NCBI GenBank assembly: GCA_023248155.1
Contig: JAHFFE010000001.1
Coordinates: 20,873 to 84,872 of the forward strand
DNA length: 64,000 nucleotides
Origin: Candidatus Omnitrophota bacterium
GTDB taxonomy: Bacteria; Omnitrophota; Gorgyraeia; 1-14-0-20-64-10
Direction: 5' to 3'
Shown: in pieces, positions 1-9,163 of the stretch
How positions within the stretch are numbered: the first letter of the stretch is position 1
Layout of the letters: every line of letters starts with the position of its first letter
Program-made: the position numbers and the translations under genes
The notes under the pieces: model-generated
What the model saw: only the letters and a program-made list of their open reading frames with translations
Told to the model about the DNA's origin: nothing
Database searches by the model: none

Positions 1-1260
1 TTCGGTCAGCGAAAAAGTAAGGAACACATTGATGGAATACATCGTCACCAGCATCGTGATGTTTCCGCGCGTGTACAGCAACGTAAGGATTGAGGCAATC
101 CCCATTAACACAATCCCGTTTTTCATCGTGAGCCGGTCGGACAACTGCGAAAAGCCGTGCGGCAGCCAGGAATCGTGCGCCATGTTCGACATGATGCGCG
201 GCCCGTCGAGAAAACCGGCCTGCGCGGCCACGAACAAAAGCCCCGCTTCGGCGGCCAGCGTCAAAATCACGAACAAATGGCCGGTCGGAATGCCGTGGAA
301 CGACCACCCTCCGGCAAATCGCGTCAATAAAACAGCGTTCATCGTTTTGCCGTTTTCGGGCGTCACCTGGAACAGCAGGTAGCAGAGCAAAATACCGCTG
401 GCCATCAGCGCCAGAGAAACCGACATGTAGAGCATCGTGCGGCGGCCTGTTTGCACTTTCGGCTCACGCATGATCTGCAAACCGTTGGAGACCGCTTCGA
501 TTCCGGTGTAGGTACCGCCGCCCATCGCGTAGGCGTGCATGAACAAGGCAGCCATTCCGAAAACACCCAGCGTGCCCAGCCCCGATTGAAAGCCGGTGTG
601 AACATCGGAGGCGACGCGATGGAAATCGCCCAGGTGTGACCCGACCCCGCCAAAAATCAGGACTAAATGCGTAATGAGAAAGATGCCGAACACCGGCGTT
701 AAAACAGCGACCGATTCTTTGACGCCGCGCAGGTTCAATAGCACCAGCAAAAGAATGGCCACGGCTGCGACCAACAGTTTGTAGGTAATAAAATGAGGCG
801 GCAACACGCTGAAAATTTGGTCGACGCCGCTGGCGATTGAAACAGAGATGGTCAACACATAGTCAACGATCAGCGCGGAACCGGAAACCACGCCGAACCG
901 GGGCCCCAGCAGACGGCTGGCCACGACATAACCGCCGCCGCCGTACGGGAAATGTTCAATGATCCGGCTGTACGCGTAGGAAATAATGAAGACGGTCAGC
1001 GCGGTGGCGAGCGCGAGGCCGACAGCCAGGTAGGTATGCTGCCCCAGCGCACGGAACGCTTCTTCGGGACCGTACGCCGACGACGACAACCCGTCGGCGC
1101 CTAAGCCCACCCAGGCCAGCAGCGCGACTAGCGACACTTTATGGAAAACAGACGGATCGGTAATGTTGCGCGGCGCGCCCAGTAAAACGCGCTTCCATTT
1201 CGCCCAAAAACCGTTTTCCGGATGTTCCGGATGTCCGTTCGATTCAGTCTGTTTGTTCAT
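1..1260 (-). CDS. APC-family permease, KimA/YdaO-like (3' end runs off the window)
   Basis: Hand translation from ATG at 1260: MNKQTESNG...VGLGADGLSSSAYGPEEAF...IIEHFPYGGGGYVVAS...GGGTYTGIEAVSNG. Many TM helices; open to position 1; absent from the ORF track because no stop lies in the window. Confidence 0.88.
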   Translation of the reverse strand, partial: MNKQTESNGHPEHPENGFWAKWKRVLLGAPRNITDPSVFHKVSLVALLAWVGLGADGLSSSAYGPEEAFRALGQHTYLAVGLALATALTVFIISYAYSRIIEHFPYGGGGYVVASRLLGPRFGVVSGSALIVDYVLTISVSIASGVDQIFSVLPPHFITYKLLVAAVAILLLVLLNLRGVKESVAVLTPVFGIFLITHLVLIFGGVGSHLGDFHRVASDVHTGFQSGLGTLGVFGMAALFMHAYAMGGGTYTGIEAVSNGLQIMREPKVQTGRRTMLYMSVSLALMASGILLCYLLFQVTPENGKTMNAVLLTRFAGGWSFHGIPTGHLFVILTLAAEAGLLFVAAQAGFLDGPRIMSNMAHDSWLPHGFSQLSDRLTMKNGIVLMGIASILTLLYTRGNITMLVTMYSINVFLTFSLTE

Positions 1261-1267
1261 TTGGTTT

Positions 1268-1300
1268 AAAAGAAAAATCGCCGTATTAACATACGGCGAT
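1268..1300 (-). terminator. Intrinsic-terminator-like hairpin
   Basis: Perfect 10-bp stem ATCGCCGTAT/ATACGGCGAT (1277-1300), followed on the minus strand by TTTTCTTTT. Confidence 0.6.
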
Positions 1301-1312
1301 CTATGTTTTTTA

Positions 1313-1738
1313 TTATACCGCGTTGGCGCGGAAAATCCAGCGGGCGGCGGCCAAACCGGCGGCGGCCCGAACCAGCGCGGCCATCAGCGAATGCTGCCCC
1401 GGTTCGCTGAGCGCTCCAAAACAGCCGCAATGGATGTCCAGCCCGCGAATCAGCGCCTGGAGGAGCGCCAGAAAAAAGAGCGCGAACAAAAAAGCGGCGC
1501 AGAGGGCCGCTCCGGCTCTTACGCGTTTTACAAGCAAGCCGGCACCCGTCATTATTTCAAACCAGGGAAGCGTATAGGCCAGCGCCACGCCTGCGCTATA
1601 AGGAAGCAGGCGGTAGTTGTTGATCGCGGCGGCGAAAAGATCGGGGCGGGCCAATTTGGAAATACCGGCCCATAGAAAAAGAGCGGCAACACCATACCGC
1701 AGAATTGGCTCTATGATTTTTTTTGCCATGCGTCCCAT
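1313..1738 (-). CDS. MauE/DoxX-family membrane protein
   Basis: FLWAGISKL..P..F...I.NY, LPWFEI and RGLDIHCGCFG motifs. Alternative start at 1729. Confidence 0.88.
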   Translation of the reverse strand: MGRMAKKIIEPILRYGVAALFLWAGISKLARPDLFAAAINNYRLLPYSAGVALAYTLPWFEIMTGAGLLVKRVRAGAALCAAFLFALFFLALLQALIRGLDIHCGCFGALSEPGQHSLMAALVRAAAGLAAARWIFRANAV

Positions 1739-2124
1739 CCGCCGTCGAGAACGAAAACCGGCGTTAGCTGGATTGATTTTAACCGGCGCGCTACCGATTC
1801 GCTGGCGCGGCAGCCGCGGTCACTGCAATAAACAATAATCCTCTGCCCCGGCTGCCAAACAGCCAGAAGCGCCGGCAGACAACGATCCCATTCATCCTCG
1901 TTCAATAAAATGGCGCCAGGGATATGCCCGCTCTCATAATCTACGCGTGAACGCGCGTCAACCCAAAGCACCTGCAACTGTTCCGGATGAATGCCCGAGA
2001 ATGTTATCCGAAGAACATCCGAACGGGTCCAGACCGGACGGACCGGATGCAATGCCAGCGAAAGAGCGGCCAAAAAAAGCGACAGACCCCAAAGAAGGAG
2101 CGCCTGCCCCAACGGTTTTTTCAT
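1711..2124 (-). CDS. Membrane-anchored rhodanese-like domain protein
   Basis: N-terminal TM helix; WVDAR..DYESGHIPGAI, YCSDRGC and VLDGGW motifs. Confidence 0.88.
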   Translation of the reverse strand: MKKPLGQALLLWGLSLFLAALSLALHPVRPVWTRSDVLRITFSGIHPEQLQVLWVDARSRVDYESGHIPGAILLNEDEWDRCLPALLAVWQPGQRIIVYCSDRGCRASESVARRLKSIQLTPVFVLDGGWDAWQKKS

Positions 2125-2792
2125 TCTTTTACCAGCGGATAGGCGTAATAAAAACGCGTTTTCCCATTGGGGAACCGGGCGGTCAAAAGCACTGTGGCAT
2201 TCAACGGCCGCCCGGTCTGACGCGGAATCAGAATTAGTTTATAGAGACGGCCCGGCTCAACCACTTTGAGGATCGGTTTGAATTCGACACGGTTGGATTC
2301 GGCCGCGATCAGCTCAATTGGAAAATCAGTCTGCACGCGGATGATGCTGGTTTTGTGGTAAATCGGCTCGCCGGTTTTCCAAACCTGGACCATCGGTGAA
2401 ATCTCCAGCGTTTCAGGAATAGCGGCTTTCAGCATGAGGCGCGTTTCTGACTGGTTCGGATCGTCGGTACGCACCAGAATCGTGCGGGTCTGCGGACCGA
2501 TCCGCTGGCCGAAATGAAACGTCACCGACAAAAGACCACCCTCCCCCGGCGCGTATTCCCACTTCGCCAACTCCGTCGTGGTACAACCGCAATCGGGCTT
2601 GACCTCTTCGATGAAAATTGGGCGGCGGCCTTTATTTCGAAATGGGAATTCAACTGTGATCTCGGACTCTTCGGCCGTCACATTCGCTTGAATTTCGGTT
2701 CGTTCCCAATTCAGTTGCGCGTGTGCCGGATCGGCGGCGAAAAGAATCCCGAGCATTAAAATGATTGTTTGAATAGAGCGGTGATCTCTCAT
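2121..2792 (-). CDS. Secreted DUF1573-like Ig-fold protein
   Basis: Signal peptide ending in AHA; FPFRNKG..PI.I..V.PDCGCT motif. Start moved to ATG 2792 to avoid overlap with hemW. Confidence 0.75.
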   Translation of the reverse strand: MRDHRSIQTIILMLGILFAADPAHAQLNWERTEIQANVTAEESEITVEFPFRNKGRRPIFIEEVKPDCGCTTTELAKWEYAPGEGGLLSVTFHFGQRIGPQTRTILVRTDDPNQSETRLMLKAAIPETLEISPMVQVWKTGEPIYHKTSIIRVQTDFPIELIAAESNRVEFKPILKVVEPGRLYKLILIPRQTGRPLNATVLLTARFPNGKTRFYYAYPLVKE

Positions 2793-2811
2793 GGGCGTAC
2801 AATAGATTATT

Positions 2812-3984
2812 ATGACACGCGGATTGTATATCCACATTCCATTTTGCGCGCGCAAATGTTTCTACTGCGATTTCGTGATTACCGTAAAACATGCGGCCGG
2901 CGACCGCGCCCGTTTTCTTTCAGTGCTGGAAAAAGATCTGGCGCAGGCGGCCCGCCGGTACAGGCATCTCTCATTTGCAACTCTCTACTTCGGCGGAGGA
3001 ACCCCTTCTCTTCTGACACCCGATGAGCTGCGGCGGATCATGGCCGCAATTCGTCACCAGTTTATAATCGTGCCGGACGCCGAAATCACGCTGGAGCTGA
3101 ATCCCGACGACGCTTCCGAAGAAAAATTGCGCGCATTCCGGAAGTACGGCATCAACCGCATCAGCATCGGCGTGCAATCATTCAACGACCGCCTTTTGCA
3201 GCAGATGGGCCGCCTGCACGACGCCGAAGGGGCCCGCCGGGCGCTGCGCTTGATCCGGGAAACCGGTTTCACGAATGTCAGCGCCGATTTGATCCTGCGC
3301 CTGCCGGAACAAACCGCCGGCGATGTTCGCGACTCCGTCGGAGAACTGATTAAAGCCGGCGTATCGCAAGTGGTGCTGTACGATCTGGATGTCCACGAAA
3401 AAACAGTGTACGGCCTGCGGCAACGGCAAGGCCGGCTTCCGCTTCCCGAAGAACCGCTTCACCGGGAAATGTTTTCGGCGGCATTAACGGCGCTGGAAAA
3501 TGCGGGTTTCGCGCAGTACGAGGTTTCCAGTTTCGCGCGGCCCGGTTTTGAATCGAAACATAACCTGATTTATTGGCGCAACCAGGACTATTTAGGGTTG
3601 GGTCCCGGCGCGTTTTCATACCTCGACGGAACACGCTCTCAATTCGCCGGCAATACGACGCGTTATCTTGAGAAATGCGCCGCCGATGACTGGCAGCCCG
3701 ATACCGCTGAAATTATTTCGCCGCACAACCGGCAGGTGGAAACGCTTTTAACGGGATTGCGGCTGGCCGAAGGAATCGATTTGGCTCAGTTACCGGATTT
3801 GCGAAACCGGTTGGCAGAAGCGCTGCCGCCGTTCATGGAAAAAGAATTGGTGCAGTTAAAAGAAAACCGGCTCTCGATGACGCGGGAAGGACGGTTTATC
3901 GCGGAAACAATTCTTTCGGCGCTGGTTACGCCTTGCTTGGATTCCGGACCAGTTTCTGTTTCCCCGCGCGGTCTAACTTCTTAA
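2812..3984 (+). CDS. hemW: Radical SAM heme chaperone HemW (HemN-like)
   Basis: LYIHIPFCARKCFYCDF, YFGGGTPS, HNLIYW, GLGPGA. Confidence 0.92.
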   Translation: MTRGLYIHIPFCARKCFYCDFVITVKHAAGDRARFLSVLEKDLAQAARRYRHLSFATLYFGGGTPSLLTPDELRRIMAAIRHQFIIVPDAEITLELNPDDASEEKLRAFRKYGINRISIGVQSFNDRLLQQMGRLHDAEGARRALRLIRETGFTNVSADLILRLPEQTAGDVRDSVGELIKAGVSQVVLYDLDVHEKTVYGLRQRQGRLPLPEEPLHREMFSAALTALENAGFAQYEVSSFARPGFESKHNLIYWRNQDYLGLGPGAFSYLDGTRSQFAGNTTRYLEKCAADDWQPDTAEIISPHNRQVETLLTGLRLAEGIDLAQLPDLRNRLAEALPPFMEKELVQLKENRLSMTREGRFIAETILSALVTPCLDSGPVSVSPRGLTS

Positions 3985-4189
3985 TCGCGATCTCACGCTT
4001 CAGCGCCGCGGAACGGCTGGCGCATTTCTGCTGATAAACCAACAGGACCGGACGCCGTGAACGGGTATAGGCCGCGGCTGTTTTACCCGTATTATGCTCG
4101 ACGACCCGTCGATTCAGATCCGTGGTAACGCCGGTGTAGAGCGATCGGTCGCTGCAGCGCACAATATAGACGACCCAGATTGATTTCAA
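3926..4189 (-). CDS. GIY-YIG nuclease family protein (YhbQ-like)
   Basis: WVVYIVRCSDRSLYTGVTTDLNRRVVEHN...YTRSRRP. TTG start overlaps the upstream TGA stop. Confidence 0.85.
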   Translation of the reverse strand: MKSIWVVYIVRCSDRSLYTGVTTDLNRRVVEHNTGKTAAAYTRSRRPVLLVYQQKCASRSAALKREIAIKKLDRAGKQKLVRNPSKA

Positions 4190-5124
4190 GAGTGCCCAAT
4201 TGAAACTGCATGAACCAACGGAAACAACCGCTCCACTTCGCGGCGACTGCACAACGTGGTTCCCTCCGTTAGAACGGCAGCAGTACCGGCAGCAACTCCG
4301 TAACAAACCGCCTTCTGAATCGTGGCGCCTTTTTCGAGTGCCAACAAACAACCGGCAATCGTGGAATCACCCGCGCCGACGCGGCTGAGCGGTTTCACCG
4401 GCGGAGCCTTCACGCGGAAAGCTTCTTGCGCCGTGACAGCCACGGCACCGCGCGCGCCCAGCGTCACCAGTACCAGCGTAATCCCTTTTTTAATCAGAGC
4501 CCTGGCCGCCGCGACAATCTGCGAATCGCTGCCGCAGGCCTTTCCAGTCAGCCGTTTAAATTCATGTTCATTCGGCTTGATCATAAACGGCGCCGCTTGC
4601 ACGCCCCGCACAAGTGCCTGATCATCGGAATCGAGAACACAGCGAACGCCTGCTTTTTTCAGACGGACAATTTGCCGCCGGTAAAAATCGGACGGAACTC
4701 CAGGCGGCAATGATCCGGCCAGCACCCAGAAGGACGGCTTTTCCTTGAGTGAGTGCATTTGGGCGCATAATCGCTTGAGTTCTGCCCCTGTTACTTTCGG
4801 GCCGGGCGCGCGCAGATGAGTTTGGGTCCGGTCGCTTAAATCGGTAATCGTCGTATTGATGCGGGTTTCATTCGTAATTTCGGTAAACCGCTGCCGGATG
4901 CCGGCCCGGTCCAGCCAGTGCGTCAGCATGCGGCCGGTCATGCCGCCGGTCAAGCCGAACGCGCAGCTGCGGCCGCCCAGCTCATGAACCACGCGGCTGA
5001 CATTGACCCCTTTTCCGCCGGCAAACCATTGGTCGCCCTGAATGCGGATCGCGTCATCTTTAGTCAGTTTATGGACCCGAAGATAATGGTCCACCGACGG
5101 ATTCATTGTCAGCGTGGCAATCAT
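4186..5124 (-). CDS. 1-phosphofructokinase-family (PfkB) hexose kinase
   Basis: TLTMNPSVD, GGKGVNVS, KPNEHE, VGAGDS. Confidence 0.92.
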   Translation of the reverse strand: MIATLTMNPSVDHYLRVHKLTKDDAIRIQGDQWFAGGKGVNVSRVVHELGGRSCAFGLTGGMTGRMLTHWLDRAGIRQRFTEITNETRINTTITDLSDRTQTHLRAPGPKVTGAELKRLCAQMHSLKEKPSFWVLAGSLPPGVPSDFYRRQIVRLKKAGVRCVLDSDDQALVRGVQAAPFMIKPNEHEFKRLTGKACGSDSQIVAAARALIKKGITLVLVTLGARGAVAVTAQEAFRVKAPPVKPLSRVGAGDSTIAGCLLALEKGATIQKAVCYGVAAGTAAVLTEGTTLCSRREVERLFPLVHAVSIGHS

Positions 5125-5174
5125 CGACGGTTCCGCATTTTTTTCATTGACGAGCCCTCTGTTTCAGAGTTACT

Positions 5175-5618
5175 GTGAATACCGTGCTGAAGAAATTTCT
5201 GTCCCAATTGCTCGGTTCAAAAAAACCGGCGGCGGCGGCCAAGAAAAAACCGGCGGCCGCTAAAAAAACCGTATCCAAAAAGAAAGCCCCCGCAAAAAAA
5301 CCAACCGCAAAAAAGAAACCGGTTAAAAAACCCGCCAAAAGATCTGTTAAGAAAAAAGCGGCGGCCGAAGGCGCACAGGAAATCGGCCGCGTCGTCGCGT
5401 TCTTTCGAATCCCGGTCGTTGCCGTAATCCGCGCCACGAAACAGCCGCTGAAATCCGGCGACCGAATCTGGATCAAAGGCCACACGACGAACATCAAGAT
5501 GACCGCTTCATCGCTGCAGGTGGACCACAAGCCGGTTTCCGAAGTCAAAAAAGGAAAAGAGGCCGGCCTCAAACTCCCCTCACGCGCGCGCCTCGGCGAC
5601 CGCGTTTATCGAATTTAA
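5175..5618 (+). CDS. Lys/Ala/Pro-rich N-terminus fused to an EF-Tu domain-II-like beta-barrel
   Basis: About 50 aa of KKPA/AKK repeats, then IGRV..FF....VAVI......LKSGDRI.IKGHTT...S.QVDH..V...KG...GLK...AR.GD.VY. Confidence 0.75.
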   Translation: MNTVLKKFLSQLLGSKKPAAAAKKKPAAAKKTVSKKKAPAKKPTAKKKPVKKPAKRSVKKKAAAEGAQEIGRVVAFFRIPVVAVIRATKQPLKSGDRIWIKGHTTNIKMTASSLQVDHKPVSEVKKGKEAGLKLPSRARLGDRVYRI

Positions 5619-6001
5619 GAAGACCGCCATTGTTGTTTACTGGCTTCCCACTCGCGCTCCATCGTATAAAACCGAACGCGCTGGTCCGGCGCTAAAACGG
5701 CGACAATTTCCTGCTGCATCTCCATTCGGATTGCTTTAAATCGAGGACGGATCTCGGCGCGCAACGCTTCCATTTTTTCTGTTTTCGCATCTAAAATCTT
5801 TTTCACACGGCTGGTCTGCTCGGTATTCAACCGCAGCTCAGCAATAAACCGGGACAGCAGTTTTTCTTTTTTCTGTTCAGCCGTATATTTTGGAATGCAA
5901 AAAAATTGCTGATGAACGCGCGCCGTCCCAAACCCGGCACCCAGAAGAAATGCGATGACCACCGCAAGGGTGACTGGCTTCCATGCGATTGGGGTCATCA
6001 T
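5615..6001 (-). CDS. Membrane-anchored periplasmic helical protein (Spy/CpxP/metal-sensor-like)
   Basis: TM helix, then EL.L..EQ and VL.PDQ motifs; ATGA coupling to the anti-sigma gene. Confidence 0.7.
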   Translation of the reverse strand: MMTPIAWKPVTLAVVIAFLLGAGFGTARVHQQFFCIPKYTAEQKKEKLLSRFIAELRLNTEQTSRVKKILDAKTEKMEALRAEIRPRFKAIRMEMQQEIVAVLAPDQRVRFYTMEREWEASKQQWRSS

Positions 6002-6441
6002 GAGGGTGTCTCCCATAAAATTTCAGCGGCGCTTTTATTCGGTTCATGCAGCGTATTAATCCATTGGCTTCCGGCCGGCTGAAGGCTGTCGAGCACCGTC
6101 TCGGCGGAAACATGGGCCGACGGAACTCCGAAATATCCTATGACAAAAATAACGGCCGCGGCCGCCGCAATTCCCAATTCTGGATAAAGCCATTCCGGGA
6201 TCCAGCGTTTCGTCCGGACCGGCAGCGACTCCACGCGGGCCATCACGCGGTCAACGAACGGCGATGACGGTTCCTGCGTTACCCAAGTTGCCACGATTTG
6301 CCGCGTCTGCTGCCACTGCTGCAGCGCCTCACGGCATTCCGCGCATGATTCCAGATGATGCAAAACCGTGCGCATCTGTGGATTGGGCAGCTGGCCTTCT
6401 TCGAAGTCAGCCAATCGTTCCTGAACCCGGTTATGTTCCAT
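5998..6441 (-). CDS. zf-HC2 transmembrane anti-sigma factor
   Basis: HLESCAEC (HxxxCxxC) motif plus one TM helix, directly after the ECF sigma. Confidence 0.88.
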   Translation of the reverse strand: MEHNRVQERLADFEEGQLPNPQMRTVLHHLESCAECREALQQWQQTRQIVATWVTQEPSSPFVDRVMARVESLPVRTKRWIPEWLYPELGIAAAAAVIFVIGYFGVPSAHVSAETVLDSLQPAGSQWINTLHEPNKSAAEILWETPS

Positions 6442-7000
6442 CGCGAAACCCTCGTTTAATTAACCGCGCTTCCAATTCCTTGCGAGCCCGCCGAAGCCGG
6501 GCTTTCACGGCATCGAGCGAACATCCCAGCGCGCGAGCCGTTTCCTGATAACTCATCTCCTGAACTTCCCGCAGCACCAGCACCTCGCGCGCCTGGGGCG
6601 TCATGGCCGTCAGCGCCTGCCGAACTTCCAGCATCCGGTCCGTTGGACGATCAACCCGCGGCTGCACGGCTATTTGGCCTTCAAGCCAATCGCCCTGTTG
6701 TTCGCTCAACGCGTCGAGTGATTCAGCGCGCGTACGAATTTTCCGGCGTAAAAGATCGCGGCAGTGGTTCACCGCGATCCGGTAAATCCAGGTTGAAAAA
6801 CCGGACCGGCCGGCGAACCGGTCCAGTGATTGATACGCTTTGATGAATATTTCTTGAGCGGCGTCATCGGCATCGGCCGCGTTGCCCAAAGCTCCAAGGC
6901 AATACCCGCGGACGCGCGTTTCATACTTACGCACCAAAACCGCGTAGGTCTGAACATCGCCGGAACGAATTTGCTCAATCGCCAGATTCTCTTCATCCAT
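6431..7000 (-). CDS. ECF (sigma-70 family) RNA polymerase sigma factor
   Basis: DADDAAQEIFIKAY, FSTWIYRIAVN, MSYQETA...VKARL.RAR. Confidence 0.95.
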   Translation of the reverse strand: MDEENLAIEQIRSGDVQTYAVLVRKYETRVRGYCLGALGNAADADDAAQEIFIKAYQSLDRFAGRSGFSTWIYRIAVNHCRDLLRRKIRTRAESLDALSEQQGDWLEGQIAVQPRVDRPTDRMLEVRQALTAMTPQAREVLVLREVQEMSYQETARALGCSLDAVKARLRRARKELEARLIKRGFRDGT

Positions 7001-7007
7001 ATCCCTA

Positions 7008-7415
7008 TCATTTTAATCCATAAACCGCCTTTAATTGCTCTGCTGTTGGCAGAGACAGATACTGCTCGCCGCGCGGCCCAATATAGACGTTGCCTTGCCG
7101 CCGCAATGTGACCGGCGTATAGCTGCCGTTATCGTTCATCACATTAACAACGACGGTATCTACAGAGGCCGCCGGGACAATAACAGTCCGCGGCGATTCA
7201 CGGTAAATTACGACCGGCCGGCGATGCGAACGATGATGATCCCTCCAACCCTGATGCGAATGTCGCGGAAAATGCCCGACCGAGTAGCGAATGCTCCAGC
7301 CCTCGTCGCGCGAATACCGGTCATGATGCCCGAAATCGCACGAATCAGCCCATGCGGTGGTGGAAAGCGCCATAAAACCGGCGACGATCACCGCAACCCA
7401 CATTAACTTTTTCAT
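7008..7415 (-). CDS. Secreted His/Arg-rich protein; C-terminal domain shared with the neighbouring gene
   Basis: Signal peptide (AWA); C-terminal VVVNVMNDNGSYTPVTLRR.G..YIGPRGEQYL. Confidence 0.8.
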   Translation of the reverse strand: MKKLMWVAVIVAGFMALSTTAWADSCDFGHHDRYSRDEGWSIRYSVGHFPRHSHQGWRDHHRSHRRPVVIYRESPRTVIVPAASVDTVVVNVMNDNGSYTPVTLRRQGNVYIGPRGEQYLSLPTAEQLKAVYGLK

Positions 7416-7432
7416 CGGATTATCCTTCTCCG

Positions 7433-7888
7433 TTAAAACCCGTAGACCGGACGCAGTTGATCTTCACTGGGTATCTGCAAATAGCGTTCGCCTTTAGGAC
7501 CAACCCATTCGTTGCCATCGCGGCGCAATGTGACCGGTGTGATCGATCCATTGCTGTTATGAACATTGATGACCACAGTGTTGGCCGTCTCCAGCGCCTG
7601 CCGTGCCTGCTGGCTGGATTGATCGTTCTCGGCCGCCATCTCTGCTTTATCCTGTTCGTTGCCGATCACATAACCGCCGGCTCCGCCAACCGCCGCGCCA
7701 ATGGCCGCACCCGCACCTGTCTCACCTGATTGATGACCAATAACGGCACCCAAACCGGCACCGACCAAGCTTCCGATCACGGCGCCAGGAACTGCCTTGC
7801 TATCCTTCTTTTGAGTAGCGCATCCTGCCGATAAAACTGAAACAGAAACAACCAGTAAAGCGGCAACAACATGATTTGAAAGTTTCAT
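7433..7888 (-). CDS. Glycine-zipper lipoprotein
   Basis: Lipobox SAGC; GAVIGSLVGAGLGAVIG glycine zipper; strong AGGAGG RBS. Confidence 0.88.
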   Translation of the reverse strand: MKLSNHVVAALLVVSVSVLSAGCATQKKDSKAVPGAVIGSLVGAGLGAVIGHQSGETGAGAAIGAAVGGAGGYVIGNEQDKAEMAAENDQSSQQARQALETANTVVINVHNSNGSITPVTLRRDGNEWVGPKGERYLQIPSEDQLRPVYGF

Positions 7889-7910
7889 TTTTTGTATCCT
7901 CCTGATTGTT

Positions 7911-7939
7911 TAGACGAACGGAAGGGGCAAAAAGTGTCA
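7911..7939 (-). promoter_or_regulatory. Putative ECF-sigma promoter TGACAC-N17-CGTCTA
   Basis: Matches the general ECF -35/-10 pattern and sits at the head of the operon that encodes the ECF sigma. Confidence 0.55.
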
Positions 7940-8025
7940 AAAATTTTAGAAGCAAAGGAGTCGGTCCGGGCATGGGAGCCGTGGACACGCTCCCGAACTG
8001 ACTCGAAACCGCGACACGGGCTATT

Positions 8026-8727
8026 TTAGGAGGAGGGGTCTTGCGGTTTTTTAGCGAACGGTTGGTCTTTGAGCACAAACCGGACCGGAATTTTTATTTT
8101 CGATTCAACGGTCAGCATTCCGATATGAGCCGGATCAAATTTCCAACGGCGGATTGTTTTTAGCGACGACTCATCGAGCATTGGGAATCCGGAACTTTTC
8201 TCAATCTCCACTTGAGATGGCCGGCCGGACTTATCAACGGTAACGGCCAACAGCACGAGTCCCTCCTCGCCGCGCGCCAAAGAAGCCCAGGGATACGGCG
8301 GGGCCGGGTTTCTCAAATATTTCGATTTTCCCTCTGCAATTGCGCCGCCGGCAGAATAGAAGGTGGTGGGGTCATTGCCCGGCACCGGTGAACTGCCATC
8401 GCCGACCGGACCGCCTTTTTTCGCTTTCTCGACAGAATCGACAGTCGGCGTTTCTTGCGTGCCCCATTCATTATCGGTTTCAGTTTTTTCCGCTTCTTTT
8501 TGTTCCCGGCGATGGGCCACTGAAAGATCGGTCTGTTCCGCGTTCCCTTCGCGCGGTGCAGCAACTAACGAAATTTCAATGCCGCCGGTTCCGGCTTCCA
8601 CACCATACTGCGCCGGCCGAACAAACAGCACCCCGCCTCCTAAAAAAATCACGCCGTGTAAAATCAACGATCCAAAAATACCCAGGCGGTGGTCTTGTGA
8701 CGGGTTCGAAAGCGGCAACTGGAGCAC
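8026..8727 (-). CDS. tonB: Energy transducer TonB
   Basis: TM motif SLILHG; C-terminal NPAPPYP..S...GEEG.V.L.V.V...G, SSG...LD, RWKFDPA. GTG start is approximate. Confidence 0.88.
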   Translation of the reverse strand: MLQLPLSNPSQDHRLGIFGSLILHGVIFLGGGVLFVRPAQYGVEAGTGGIEISLVAAPREGNAEQTDLSVAHRREQKEAEKTETDNEWGTQETPTVDSVEKAKKGGPVGDGSSPVPGNDPTTFYSAGGAIAEGKSKYLRNPAPPYPWASLARGEEGLVLLAVTVDKSGRPSQVEIEKSSGFPMLDESSLKTIRRWKFDPAHIGMLTVESKIKIPVRFVLKDQPFAKKPQDPSS

Positions 8728-8731
8728 TGGT

Positions 8732-9163
8732 TTATTCGGTAGTTTGCCCGGCTGCCTTGGCGCCAGTGGTCTGAATTGCAAGTTTTTCAATACCCAGCTG
8801 GCGTACCTGATCCAGAATTTTAACCACATCGCCAAAATAAGCGGTTTCATCGGCGTTAATCAATACTTTCAGATCATCATTCTTCCGCTTCAGCGCTTTC
8901 AGACGGGACGGAACTTCATCGGCTTTCATTAATTCCCGGTTTAAATAAACGCGGCCGGCATCAGTCACCGTGATCGTCACAGAGGTGGTCCTTTGCTGAG
9001 ACTGGCCGGTGGAAGCTTTCGGCAAGTGCACTGAAACACCCTGATTTTTAACCATCGACAGCGACACCATCACGAACGTGGCCAGCAAAAAGAACATGAT
9101 GTCGATCAGCGGGATGATTTCGATGCGCGCGCGGCGGCGCCCCTGCTGGGATGGAATCCTCAT
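8732..9163 (-). CDS. exbD: ExbD/TolR biopolymer transport protein
   Basis: IEIIPLIDIMFFLLATFVM. Confidence 0.92.
   Translation of the reverse strand: MRIPSQQGRRRARIEIIPLIDIMFFLLATFVMVSLSMVKNQGVSVHLPKASTGQSQQRTTSVTITVTDAGRVYLNRELMKADEVPSRLKALKRKNDDLKVLINADETAYFGDVVKILDQVRQLGIEKLAIQTTGAKAAGQTTE

Noticed and set aside
3926-4189. GIY-YIG as a homing endonuclease
   Set aside because: Short stand-alone YhbQ type, coupled to the pfkB-family gene, with no intron features.
7959-8004. Long imperfect hairpin after tonB
   Set aside because: Single copy with no recognisable motif; probably a terminator or stabilising stem.
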